DNA of 64,000 bases from an uncultured Rhodospirillales bacterium. GTDB taxonomy: Bacteria; Pseudomonadota; Alphaproteobacteria; Acetobacterales; Acetobacteraceae. Position 1 is the stretch's first letter. The number at the start of each line of letters is the position of its first letter. The notes beneath the pieces are model-generated. The model did not search any database and was not told where the DNA came from. It was given only the letters and a program-made list of their open reading frames with translations. A program made the position numbers and the translations under genes. The DNA lies in NCBI GenBank assembly GCA_903844135.1, contig CAIMSN010000041.1, positions 1,895 through 65,894 on the forward strand, read 5' to 3'. Below are positions 47,261 to 55,337 of the stretch, piece after piece.

Positions 47261-47686
47261 ATGCTCAAGACCATCCATCCGCTGCTGACCGGCGACCTCC
47301 TCGCCATCCTCGCCGACATGGGTCACGGCGACGAGATCGTGATCACGGATCGCAACTTCCCTGCCGCTGCGGCGGCGACGACGCAACTGGTGACGCTGCC
47401 AGGTATCCCGGCCACCGACGTCCTGCACGCGATTCTGTCGCTCCTGCCGCTCGACGATTTCGTCGACTCGCCTGCCGCCGTGATGGCAGCGCCCGGCGAG
47501 CGCCCGGCGATCTATGCCGCGTTCGATACCATCCTTGCGGAAGCCGAAGGCCGCGCCATACAGGTCGACGTCATCGATCGCTTTGCATTCTACGATCGTG
47601 CCAAGGCCGCCTTCGCGGTGGTCTGCACAGGCGAGAGCAGGTTGTACGGCAACATCATCCTCAAGAAGGGCGTGATCCGCGCCTAG
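47261..47686 (+). CDS. fucU: RbsD/FucU family protein (L-fucose mutarotase-like)
   Basis: MLKTIHPLLTGDLLAILADMGHGDEIVITDRNFP and the C-terminal GESRLYGNIILKKGV are hallmark FucU sequences. Confidence 0.85.
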   Translation: MLKTIHPLLTGDLLAILADMGHGDEIVITDRNFPAAAAATTQLVTLPGIPATDVLHAILSLLPLDDFVDSPAAVMAAPGERPAIYAAFDTILAEAEGRAIQVDVIDRFAFYDRAKAAFAVVCTGESRLYGNIILKKGVIRA

Positions 47687-47758
47687 CGGCAGAACGGCCA
47701 AGACTCTGCCTGGACCCCGCTAGGGGGGGAGCCCCTGGCTTTTTCGGGAGCGCGCCTC

Positions 47759-48583
47759 TTGCTCGACGCCCATCAGCATTTCTGGTCGATTGAACGCGGC
47801 GACTACGGCTGGATGACCCCGGATCTCGTCGTGCTCTATCGTGATTTCGGCCCCGACGATCTCGCCCCGGCCATGCAGGCGGCCGGCATCACCCGCACCA
47901 TCCTTGTCCAAGCCGCCGAGACCGAGGCCGAGACCGACTACCTGCTGGCGATCGCCGAGCGCACGGCGTTCGTGGCCGGCGTCGTCGGCTGGACGGACAT
48001 GCTGTCGCCGGATTTCCCCGCTCGCCTCGCCCACTACCGCGCCCAGCCGAAATGGGTCGGCCTGCGTCCGATGCTGCAGGAGCACGCGCCGGCGCTGATC
48101 CTCGATCAGCGCTTCGGCGCCGCACTCGCCGAAGTCGCGCGCCGCGACGTGCCGTTCGACATCCTGACGCGCCCACCCCACCTGACCGCCCTGCTACAAG
48201 CCCTCGCCGCCGTGCCGGACCTGCGCGGAATCCTGGATCACATCTCCAAGCCTGACATGACGGTCGCGGAACCCGGCCGATGGGCCGAGGACGTCGCGGC
48301 CCTCGCCGCGCATCCGCGCCTGATGTGCAAGATCTCCGGCCTGGTCAGCGAGGCCGGTCCCGACTGGTCGACCGACCGCATCAGGCCGTTCGTGCGCCAC
48401 GTCGCCGCATCGTTCGGCCCCGACCGGCTGGTGTTCGGCACCGACTGGCCGGTCTGTATTTCGGTCGCCAGCCACCGCCAGGTCGTCGACCTCGCACGCG
48501 GCCTGCTGGGCGAGATCTTCGACGCCACCGACCTCGCGCGGATCTTCGAAACCAACGCCTGCCGCTTCTACGGGATCGACTGA
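47759..48583 (+). CDS. amidohydrolase family protein (L-fucono-1,5-lactonase-like)
   Basis: LDAHQHFW (HxH) ..., ILDHISKP and FGTDWPV. TTG start as given by the ORF track. Confidence 0.8.
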   Translation: MLDAHQHFWSIERGDYGWMTPDLVVLYRDFGPDDLAPAMQAAGITRTILVQAAETEAETDYLLAIAERTAFVAGVVGWTDMLSPDFPARLAHYRAQPKWVGLRPMLQEHAPALILDQRFGAALAEVARRDVPFDILTRPPHLTALLQALAAVPDLRGILDHISKPDMTVAEPGRWAEDVAALAAHPRLMCKISGLVSEAGPDWSTDRIRPFVRHVAASFGPDRLVFGTDWPVCISVASHRQVVDLARGLLGEIFDATDLARIFETNACRFYGID

Positions 48584-48750
48584 GATGTCGCCGGGCGCGA
48601 CACGGCTTCGTAATTCCGGGTCGAGCGCCTCCAGACAATGCGCGCCGAGTGCCGCCGGGTCGCGCACCGCCAGGTATCCGCCGGGCATGATCGCGTCGGT
48701 GTCACGTTGTCGCCCAGGCGATTGACCATGCCGGTGAGTGTCGTGGTCAT
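48584..48750 (-). pseudogene. aconitase-family small subunit (LeuD-like) remnant: frameshifted and 3'-truncated
   Basis: MTTTLTGMVNRLGDNV is in one frame. It continues as DTDAIMPGGYLAVRDPAALGAHCLEALDPELRSRVAPGDI in another, so an apparent 1-nt deletion near 48700 splits the canonical GDNxDTDxIxP motif. Homology stops at the stop codon of the convergent amidohydrolase gene. Confidence 0.7.
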
Positions 48751-50068
48751 GTCCGGGCCCACTTCCCCGCAGCGGCGGCGGCGACCCAGGCATTGGCGAG
48801 GAATAGCTGCGGTTCCGGATCACCCAAGCGGCCGCGAAAGTTGCGGTTCGTGGTGGCGATCTCCGTCTCGCCAGCGGCCAGGATGCCTCTATGCCCGCCG
48901 AAGCACGCGCCGCAGGTGGGGGTCGAGATCGCGGCGCCGGCCGAGGCGATGATCTCCAGCAGACCCTCGGCCAACGCCTCGCGCCGGATCCGCTGCGTTG
49001 CCGGCACCACGATCATGCCCACCTTCGGCGCGATGGCACGCCCCCGGAGCATGTCGGCCACCTGACGGAAGTCTGTCATCATGCCGTTGGCGCAATTGCC
49101 GACATAGACCTGGTCGACCCGCTGGCCCGGCAGCGCGTCGAGCGCCACGCCGGCGCCGGGTGATGGCGGACACGCGACAACTGGCTGCAGCGCCGACAGA
49201 TCGAGCGTCACACTGCTGCGATAGATCGCGCCAGGATCCGGCATCACCGGCTCGTCCTGAGCGCGGTTCCGGTGCAGCATGCGCGCGCGAGGCGTCGTCG
49301 CCCTCGAAGGCGCAGGTGTCGGCGCCGGCTTCGACTGCCACGTTGGCGATCGCCATGCGCTCGTCGATCGACAGCGCGGAGAGACCGAGACCACCGAATT
49401 CCAGCGACACGTCGGCGGCGCCATCGACGCCGATCCGGTGTATCAAAGACAGTATCACGTCCTTTCCGGTCGAGTACGGCCCAGGGCGGCCGCGCAATGT
49501 CACACGGATACTTTCCTGGACCCGCATGCAGAGCTTGCCGGTGGCCAGGGCGACGTCGAGATCGGTCGAGCCGAAGCCGATGCCCAGCGCATTGAAGGCG
49601 CCGGCAGCACCGGATCGCCGCCACCGATCGCCGCACCCAGGATCACCATCCGTGACACAGGATCGGGGTTCGCAACGGCGTGGCGGTCGCCAATTCTGGC
49701 CCCAGGACCATCCGAGCAGGGCGGCGCTGGGATAGCTCTGTGCGGACAGCGAGTCCATTGTTGCAGCCAAATCGTCGATCGCGCTTTCGGCGCCGCTAGA
49801 GCGGATCGTCCGTTGCTTCCGAAGCGCCATGGCCGCGCAGCGAGACTATGACGGTTCCCGGCGCGCCACCCTCCGTACGCTCGTTCAGGGCGCCGATCAT
49901 TGAATACTCGTTGCCGCCTGGAAAGGAGAAATCGTAACCGGTCTGCCCGTCCAGGTTCGATCCCTGCACCAACACCACGACCCTCCCCGGACGATCCGTT
50001 AGACCCGTGCTGCGCACCGAACGCTTGCCTTCCGGTCCGTCGACGAACGAATCAACCGCCTGAGTCAT
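48747..50068 (-). pseudogene. aconitase-family large subunit (LeuC/HacA-like) pseudogene with at least two frame breaks
   Basis: Three ORF pieces cover it. 49796-50068 may be the N-terminus. 48889-49830 reads GAFNALGIGFGSTD...GKDVILSLIHRIGVDGA...ERMAIANVAVEAGADTCAFEGDD. 48747-49424 reads ...VDQVYVGNCANG...STPTCGACFGGH...TTNRNFRGRLG. Together they span about 440 codons, the size of one large subunit. The frame breaks are near 49.29 kb and 49.8 kb. ATGA overlap with the small-subunit remnant. Confidence 0.7.
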
Positions 50069-50257
50069 GTGCCGTCCCCGGTGCCTCTTACGCGATCCAA
50101 AAAGCAGTCGTGCTTCGACGCCTCACCCGGTGTGGCATCAAGAGGCAGGAAGGCCCGCTCCGGCGAACCGGGGTCCTGGTGAGACTGTCATAAAACGAGA
50201 ATATGACCGGACCAGGATCTGAGGTTACCAGTGCGCCGCTTAGCGAAAGGATCGAGG

Positions 50258-51637
50258 ATGAACCGCTGGTTTCTGGCAAGCAGGCTGTCGCGCGGGCTGC
50301 TGCCCTTGCTGCTGCTCGCGGCGGCCTCGCCGGTGGCGTCGTCCGCAGAGGCGCAGGTGCCAACGGTCGTCGCCGAGATCCCCTACGATCCGCCGGTCGA
50401 CGTGATCGGCGACGCGCTGGCAGGACTCACGCTGCAGAAGGCGGTACTGCTGATGCGGCACGGAGTGCGGCCGCCAACCAGCACGCCAAAATTCCAGATC
50501 TATGCCGACGCACCGTTCCCGTCCGACTGGGGCGTGCCGGACGGAGACCTCACCGCGCCGGGTGCGGCGCTGGTGAGCACGATCGGGACTTTCGACCGCG
50601 CCGCCTACGCGGTCCAGGGGCTGCTGCCGGCATCGGGCTGCCCGCGGCCAGGTGACATGTTCGTCTGGGCCAACAATGCCGACGAACGCACCGAGGCCAC
50701 CGGCCAGGCGCTGGTGCAGGGCTTGTTCCCGGGTTGCGGGCTGCATGCCGGCTACTCGGCATCGAGCACGGCCGATCCGCTGTTCACGGCGCCCTACCCC
50801 GAGGACACGGCGGCGCTGAGCGACGCCGTGCTGGCCCATATCGGCGGCAGCTTCCAGCCGATCCAGGCCGGGGCGGCGGCGGTGCTGTCGGACCTGAACA
50901 GAGTGCTCGGCTGCTGCTCGACGGCGCTGTGCCAGAGTGCCATCGGCGCGCCGGCCTGCACCATCGCCAGCCTGCCCTACGCGATCACGCCGAGCGGGAA
51001 CACGCTCTCCTTCACCGGCGGTCTGCTGACCGGGTCCAGCCTGGCGGAAATCTTTGAGCTCGAATACGCGAATGGCTTCACCGGCACCGACGTCGCCTTC
51101 GGCCGGACCGGCGAGGCCGGGATAAGGAGCCTGATGCGGCTCTACACCGCGAAATACCGCCTGTTCGACCGCACGCCGGCGCTGGCGCGGGCGACCGGCT
51201 CGAACCTGGCACTGCAGATGCTGGATGCGATCGAGGGCGGCGCCGGGACCATTGTGCCAGGCGGCCCGCCGGCAGGACGGGTCACGATCTTCGTCGGCAA
51301 CGACACCACGCAATCCGCGGTCGGCGGCCTGCTGAACCTCGACTGGCACCAGCAGAGCTTCAACACCGACGACATGCCGCCGGGCGGCGCGCTCGGGTTC
51401 GAGCTGCTGAAGGACCGGGTCGGGCGGTTCTTCGTACGGCCGGTTTTCGTCACCATGACGCTCGACCAGATGCATGCCGGCAAACCGCTTCGCCTGAACA
51501 ATGTCCCGCTCTACGAAGGGCTGGCGTTGCCCGGGTGCGAGTATCGGGGCGGCCGGCTCTGCAGCCTGTCCCGTTTCGCGTCGATCGTTACCGCCAGCAT
51601 CCAGCCATCGGCGACGGGGCCGATCAGCTACCGGTGA
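50258..51637 (+). CDS. histidine acid phosphatase family protein (branch 2), secreted
   Basis: Signal peptide, then LLMRHGVRPPT (the RHGxRxP motif). About 459 aa. Start is 50258 or 50231. Confidence 0.75.
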   Translation: MNRWFLASRLSRGLLPLLLLAAASPVASSAEAQVPTVVAEIPYDPPVDVIGDALAGLTLQKAVLLMRHGVRPPTSTPKFQIYADAPFPSDWGVPDGDLTAPGAALVSTIGTFDRAAYAVQGLLPASGCPRPGDMFVWANNADERTEATGQALVQGLFPGCGLHAGYSASSTADPLFTAPYPEDTAALSDAVLAHIGGSFQPIQAGAAAVLSDLNRVLGCCSTALCQSAIGAPACTIASLPYAITPSGNTLSFTGGLLTGSSLAEIFELEYANGFTGTDVAFGRTGEAGIRSLMRLYTAKYRLFDRTPALARATGSNLALQMLDAIEGGAGTIVPGGPPAGRVTIFVGNDTTQSAVGGLLNLDWHQQSFNTDDMPPGGALGFELLKDRVGRFFVRPVFVTMTLDQMHAGKPLRLNNVPLYEGLALPGCEYRGGRLCSLSRFASIVTASIQPSATGPISYR

Positions 51638-52164
51638 TCCGGCATGATGGAACGGACAGCAGCAACCTATCGCGACCGCCGCGATCCCACGCGCGCAGAG
51701 GCCTGCCTTCTCGCACCCGAACTGGCAGCCCTTCGCGTATCCGAGCAGCTCGTCGCTCTCGGCCTGTTAGTCGGGGTTGATTGTGGTGCCTGAAACGGCC
51801 GTGTCGCCGCCCGGTGCGATTCCACGCCGTGCTCGACTGCGCCGGACCGGCTGACGCACCATTGCGACATCGGTGAGACCGGCAACGACTGGCGGTTCAG
51901 GAACCGGACCGAGGGCAACGCCCGACTGTCCGATCGGGCTGCTAGAGGAGGGGTAAATATTCGGCTCCGACCGGTATCGGATCCCCATGCTGTCTGACGG
52001 CGATGCTGTAGTTGACACTCCGCATCATGCCGTTTGGGTTATCGATCGCCGATCCCTGATGGCGATCGCCACAATGAATTGCGGAATACGTTGCGATTCA
52101 ACAACGGACCGTCGGGTCGTTTTCATCTGTAACTCAACCATCACTCGACCTGGTTTCTCAGCGC

Positions 52165-54324
52165 ATGTATCGGCTCGGTCATGTCAGCTTCGCGTCAGAC
52201 AACCCCCTCAAACTGCAACGTCAAATCGATTCCGTTCTGCGCAGTTTTTATCCTCGCGACCACCGGCGTCGCCTTCGGCCAGGATATCGGAGCGGGGGAA
52301 CAAATAACCGTTCTCGGGCATACTGCGAACGATGCCGTGGCCCAGACTCCTTCACAAACGCCACTCAGCCTACATCCATCATAAGCAGTCAATTCATACA
52401 AAATAGCATTCCGCCGCAATCCGACTACTCGCAAGTCGTTTCTCTCTCGCCCAGCACCTATGCGATCAACCAGAACGGCCCAGGCGGCGCTTTCGCGGCC
52501 TCGGTGAGCATCCGTGGCTTCCAGGACGGACAGTACAACGTCACGCTTGACGGCATTCCATTCGGCGATTCGAACAACTACACGCATCACTCCTCATCCT
52601 ACTTCGTCAATCGCGACCTCGCTGATGTCGAAGTGGATCGCGGTCCAGGAACGGCATCAACGATCGGCAACGCCACGTTCGGGGGCACGATCGGCCTCGT
52701 CACCAAGGACCCGGCTAAGGATGCGACATTCACGCCTTTCGCATCCGGCGGAAGCTTCGGCACCGTCCTCTATGGCGCGCAGCTCGACACCGGAACGCTG
52801 CCAGGCGGCGGCTCCGCGGTCATCGACGGCGAAGGGACCTCAACCGACGGGGCTGAAACGCACGCAAACGCGCAACGCCAGAACATCTTCGCCAAGTTCA
52901 CCCAGCCGGTGGGCGATACGACGACGCTGACGATCGAAGGTATGTACAACGCGAGCGACATCGCTTTTTGGCGCGGCGCCTCACGCGCGCAGATCGCTGC
53001 GTTCGGCTCCGACTACGCATTCACCGACATTCCCGGAACGGACGACTATTACAAGTACTGGACCACCGACACCCATGCCGACTTCGAGTATGCACGTATC
53101 CAATCGAAACTTTCCGACCACTGGTCGCTCGACACGTCGGTCTACACCTACGCTTACAGCAATGATGCGCATCGTCCAATCGATGGCACCGGCTCCACGG
53201 TGGGAACCATCTACGGCGCGACCGACATACCCGGCATCACGCAGATCAACGAATACCGTGCGTTCGGCGACGTGATCCGACTGACCAGGGCCTTCTCGCT
53301 GGCCGGCATGACCGGCGACCTCAAATTCGGTGGTTGGGTCGAGCACCAGGAGAACGCCTATACCCAGGCGAACGTCGACGTCTCGCTGAACTACAAGCTC
53401 ACGCCGCAAACCCTCGGTGCCTTCGCCTATCTCGACCACGAGGACCTCCTGACGGTGCAGCCCTACGTCGAAATGGATCTCGAACCACTCCCCGGCCTTG
53501 TCATCACACCCGGCCTCAAATATGACTTTTTCAACCGCAGCCTCGATGCTGCGGTCAATAGCGGCGGCGGCTCGCTCGACTATGCTCGAGACTATGGGGC
53601 CATCCTGCCGGCGGTCACCGCCCACTACATGATCCGGAGCGACTGGTCGACTTACGTGCAGTACGCGAAGGGCTTCCAGATGCCGAACCTGAACTACATT
53701 CAGGTGGCCGATCCGACGCAGACGAGCGTCAGCCCGCAGAAAACCGACAACTACCAGGTAGGGACCACGTGGCAGAACCATCGCCTGTCGCTATCCGCCG
53801 ATCTATACTACATCGACTTCGGCAACATGGTTGCTAGCCGCAACGTTGGCGTATACACCATCTATTTCAACCAAGGTCGCGTCGATTATTACGGCGTCGA
53901 GGCAGAGGGCACGCTCAACATCGGCTGGTGCGTAAACCTTTACGCCAATGCCAGCGGCAACGAGGCGCGCGCGCGGTCCACTGACAAGCCCGTCGCCAAC
54001 AGTCCCCAAGCGACCGCGGCCGCCGGCATCATCTACGCGAACCAGCGCCTCTCCGCGTCGCTGATCGACAAGTGGGTCGGCACTCGTTACGGAGACGTCA
54101 ATCTCGGCCAGGGCCTTGACCCTTTCAACCAGCTCGACCTGTCGGCAACGACGTTCCTGCACGTACGCGGGAGCCGGAAGTGGAAGCTCTCCGTGCAGCT
54201 CGACAACCTGCTCGACAGCCGCAAGATCATCGCCTTCGACGGATATGTCGGCGCAGCAAACACGCCGCTCTTCTTTACACAGCCCGGCCGCTCTGTCTTC
54301 GCATCCGTCGAGCTTCCCCTCTGA
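52165..54324 (+). CDS. TonB-dependent receptor, apparently frameshifted near its 5' end (possible pseudogene or sequencing error)
   Basis: The main frame carries the plug (SIRGFQDGQYNVTLDGIPFGD) and a beta-barrel ending in ...SVFASVELPL. The signal peptide and ...EQITVLGH... lie in a different frame (ORF 52181-52384), so a -1/+2 shift is needed around 52340-52385. Confidence 0.7.
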   Translation: MYRLGHVSFASDNPLKLQRQIDSVLRSFYPRDHRRRLRPGYRSGGTNNRSRAYCERCRGPDSFTNATQPTSIISSQFIQNSIPPQSDYSQVVSLSPSTYAINQNGPGGAFAASVSIRGFQDGQYNVTLDGIPFGDSNNYTHHSSSYFVNRDLADVEVDRGPGTASTIGNATFGGTIGLVTKDPAKDATFTPFASGGSFGTVLYGAQLDTGTLPGGGSAVIDGEGTSTDGAETHANAQRQNIFAKFTQPVGDTTTLTIEGMYNASDIAFWRGASRAQIAAFGSDYAFTDIPGTDDYYKYWTTDTHADFEYARIQSKLSDHWSLDTSVYTYAYSNDAHRPIDGTGSTVGTIYGATDIPGITQINEYRAFGDVIRLTRAFSLAGMTGDLKFGGWVEHQENAYTQANVDVSLNYKLTPQTLGAFAYLDHEDLLTVQPYVEMDLEPLPGLVITPGLKYDFFNRSLDAAVNSGGGSLDYARDYGAILPAVTAHYMIRSDWSTYVQYAKGFQMPNLNYIQVADPTQTSVSPQKTDNYQVGTTWQNHRLSLSADLYYIDFGNMVASRNVGVYTIYFNQGRVDYYGVEAEGTLNIGWCVNLYANASGNEARARSTDKPVANSPQATAAAGIIYANQRLSASLIDKWVGTRYGDVNLGQGLDPFNQLDLSATTFLHVRGSRKWKLSVQLDNLLDSRKIIAFDGYVGAANTPLFFTQPGRSVFASVELPL

Positions 54325-55337
54325 GGGCGCTCCGTTGGAGACTGCGCGCTGCAGCCTTGCTCGTCCTCGTAGCCGCCGGCGCCGCTTTCACCACGCTTTG
54401 GCCGACTTCAAGGAACCATCTCGTCATCTACTCCATGATGGGACCGGCGCATGACCTCGTGCACGCTTTCTCCGCGCGCACAGGAATTCCTGTAACCTAC
54501 ATCAACCTTGACGGCGGTCCGATGCAGGCGCGCCTGTATGCAGAGGGCGACCGACCACGCTGGACGATTGCCTGGTTCACAGGTGATGCGCCGATGGCGG
54601 CACTGGATACCGCCGGTCTACTCGCGCGACACAAATCCGGTGATCCCGACTGGCCGGATGCGAGGTTCACCGGCCTGGCGCGGAGCCTGCTGCCACGCGA
54701 CGGTGCCTGGTTGCCGACGCGTATCGGGCTCGGCGCCGCCGTCGTCTCCCGCCTCGGTGCCGCGCCGCCGCGGTTCGACTGGCCAACAATTCTTGGGGGA
54801 ACACAGGCGCTCGGGATGCTCAGTCCGACCAACTCCGGGGGTGCGTATCCCGTGATCGCGACGATCCTCGCCCTCCCGAGCATGTCCGGCCGCGATGCGC
54901 TGCTTGCCGCCCGGCCGCGTCTGCGCGTGATGGCCTCAAGCCCGTACCTGCTCCGCGCGCTGCGGAGCGGCGATGCCGCAATCGGGCTGCTCCCAAGCGA
55001 AACCGCCTACGGCATTTGGAAACGCGACGGTCGTTTCAAGGTGACGCTTCCCACACCCGACAGCGTGCTGCCCGACACGATCGGGGTAAGCCACGATGCG
55101 GGTCCGACCGCGCGTGCAGCGGCAGCGCGTTTCATCCGCTTTGTGCTCAGCCCGGAAGGACAAACACTGCTCGGCCGCGACACAGCGGCCGCGATGGGGT
55201 GGCCGCCCATCGACGGCGTCGCGCGCCCAGCCGGATTGCCGGCGTTGCCGGGCGATCTGGTTCATCTCTCAGCAGACGCCTGGGGTGCGCGCCAGAACGA
55301 TGAAATCGGATGGTTCATTCGCGAAATAGCGCAATGA
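54180..55337 (+). CDS. ABC transporter substrate-binding protein (Fe3+/thiamine/2-AEP-type family 1 SBP)
   Basis: LVIYSMMGPAHDLV..., GIPVTYINLDGGPMQARL and a C-terminal FIRFVLSPEGQ. The real start is probably downstream of 54180 (TTG 54357 or CTG 54321), because the ATG ORF overlaps the receptor gene by 145 nt. Confidence 0.65.
   Translation: MEALRAARQPARQPQDHRLRRICRRSKHAALLYTARPLCLRIRRASPLRALRWRLRAAALLVLVAAGAAFTTLWPTSRNHLVIYSMMGPAHDLVHAFSARTGIPVTYINLDGGPMQARLYAEGDRPRWTIAWFTGDAPMAALDTAGLLARHKSGDPDWPDARFTGLARSLLPRDGAWLPTRIGLGAAVVSRLGAAPPRFDWPTILGGTQALGMLSPTNSGGAYPVIATILALPSMSGRDALLAARPRLRVMASSPYLLRALRSGDAAIGLLPSETAYGIWKRDGRFKVTLPTPDSVLPDTIGVSHDAGPTARAAAARFIRFVLSPEGQTLLGRDTAAAMGWPPIDGVARPAGLPALPGDLVHLSADAWGARQNDEIGWFIREIAQ

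Noticed and set aside
49600-50068. Reading the 5' third of the pseudogene region as a separate alpha/beta-hydrolase fragment (RGHGAS..., GWSWG nucleophile-elbow-like)
   Set aside because: The similarity is equally compatible with the N-terminal third of a LeuC/HacA-type subunit. The total span (about 440 codons) fits one large-subunit gene, so I chose the single-gene interpretation. A profile search should settle this.
51767-52018. 83-aa - strand ORF (and 51667-51918) in the unassigned region
   Set aside because: It has no RBS, no recognisable motif and a Ser/Pro/Gly-rich composition, and it straddles the compositional break. There is insufficient support to call a gene.
51950-52180. A Fur box, cobalamin riboswitch or TPP riboswitch upstream of the TonB-dependent receptor
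   Set aside because: I found no GATAATGATAATCATTATC-like 19-mer, no B12 box and no CUGAGA/ACCCU TPP core. There is only an imperfect TTGCG...TTGCG / TGAAT...ATTCA arrangement at about 52075-52100, which is too weak to call.
54492-54497. Other GTAACC hexamers (54492, 35893, 29997 and 60286 on the + strand; 50228-50223 on the - strand) as further sigma-F promoters
   Set aside because: All lack CGAA/CGGA at the 16-17-nt spacing. The four + strand hexamers also lie inside coding sequence; the 50223 one is intergenic but points toward the decayed LeuC-like pseudogene, not an intact gene.
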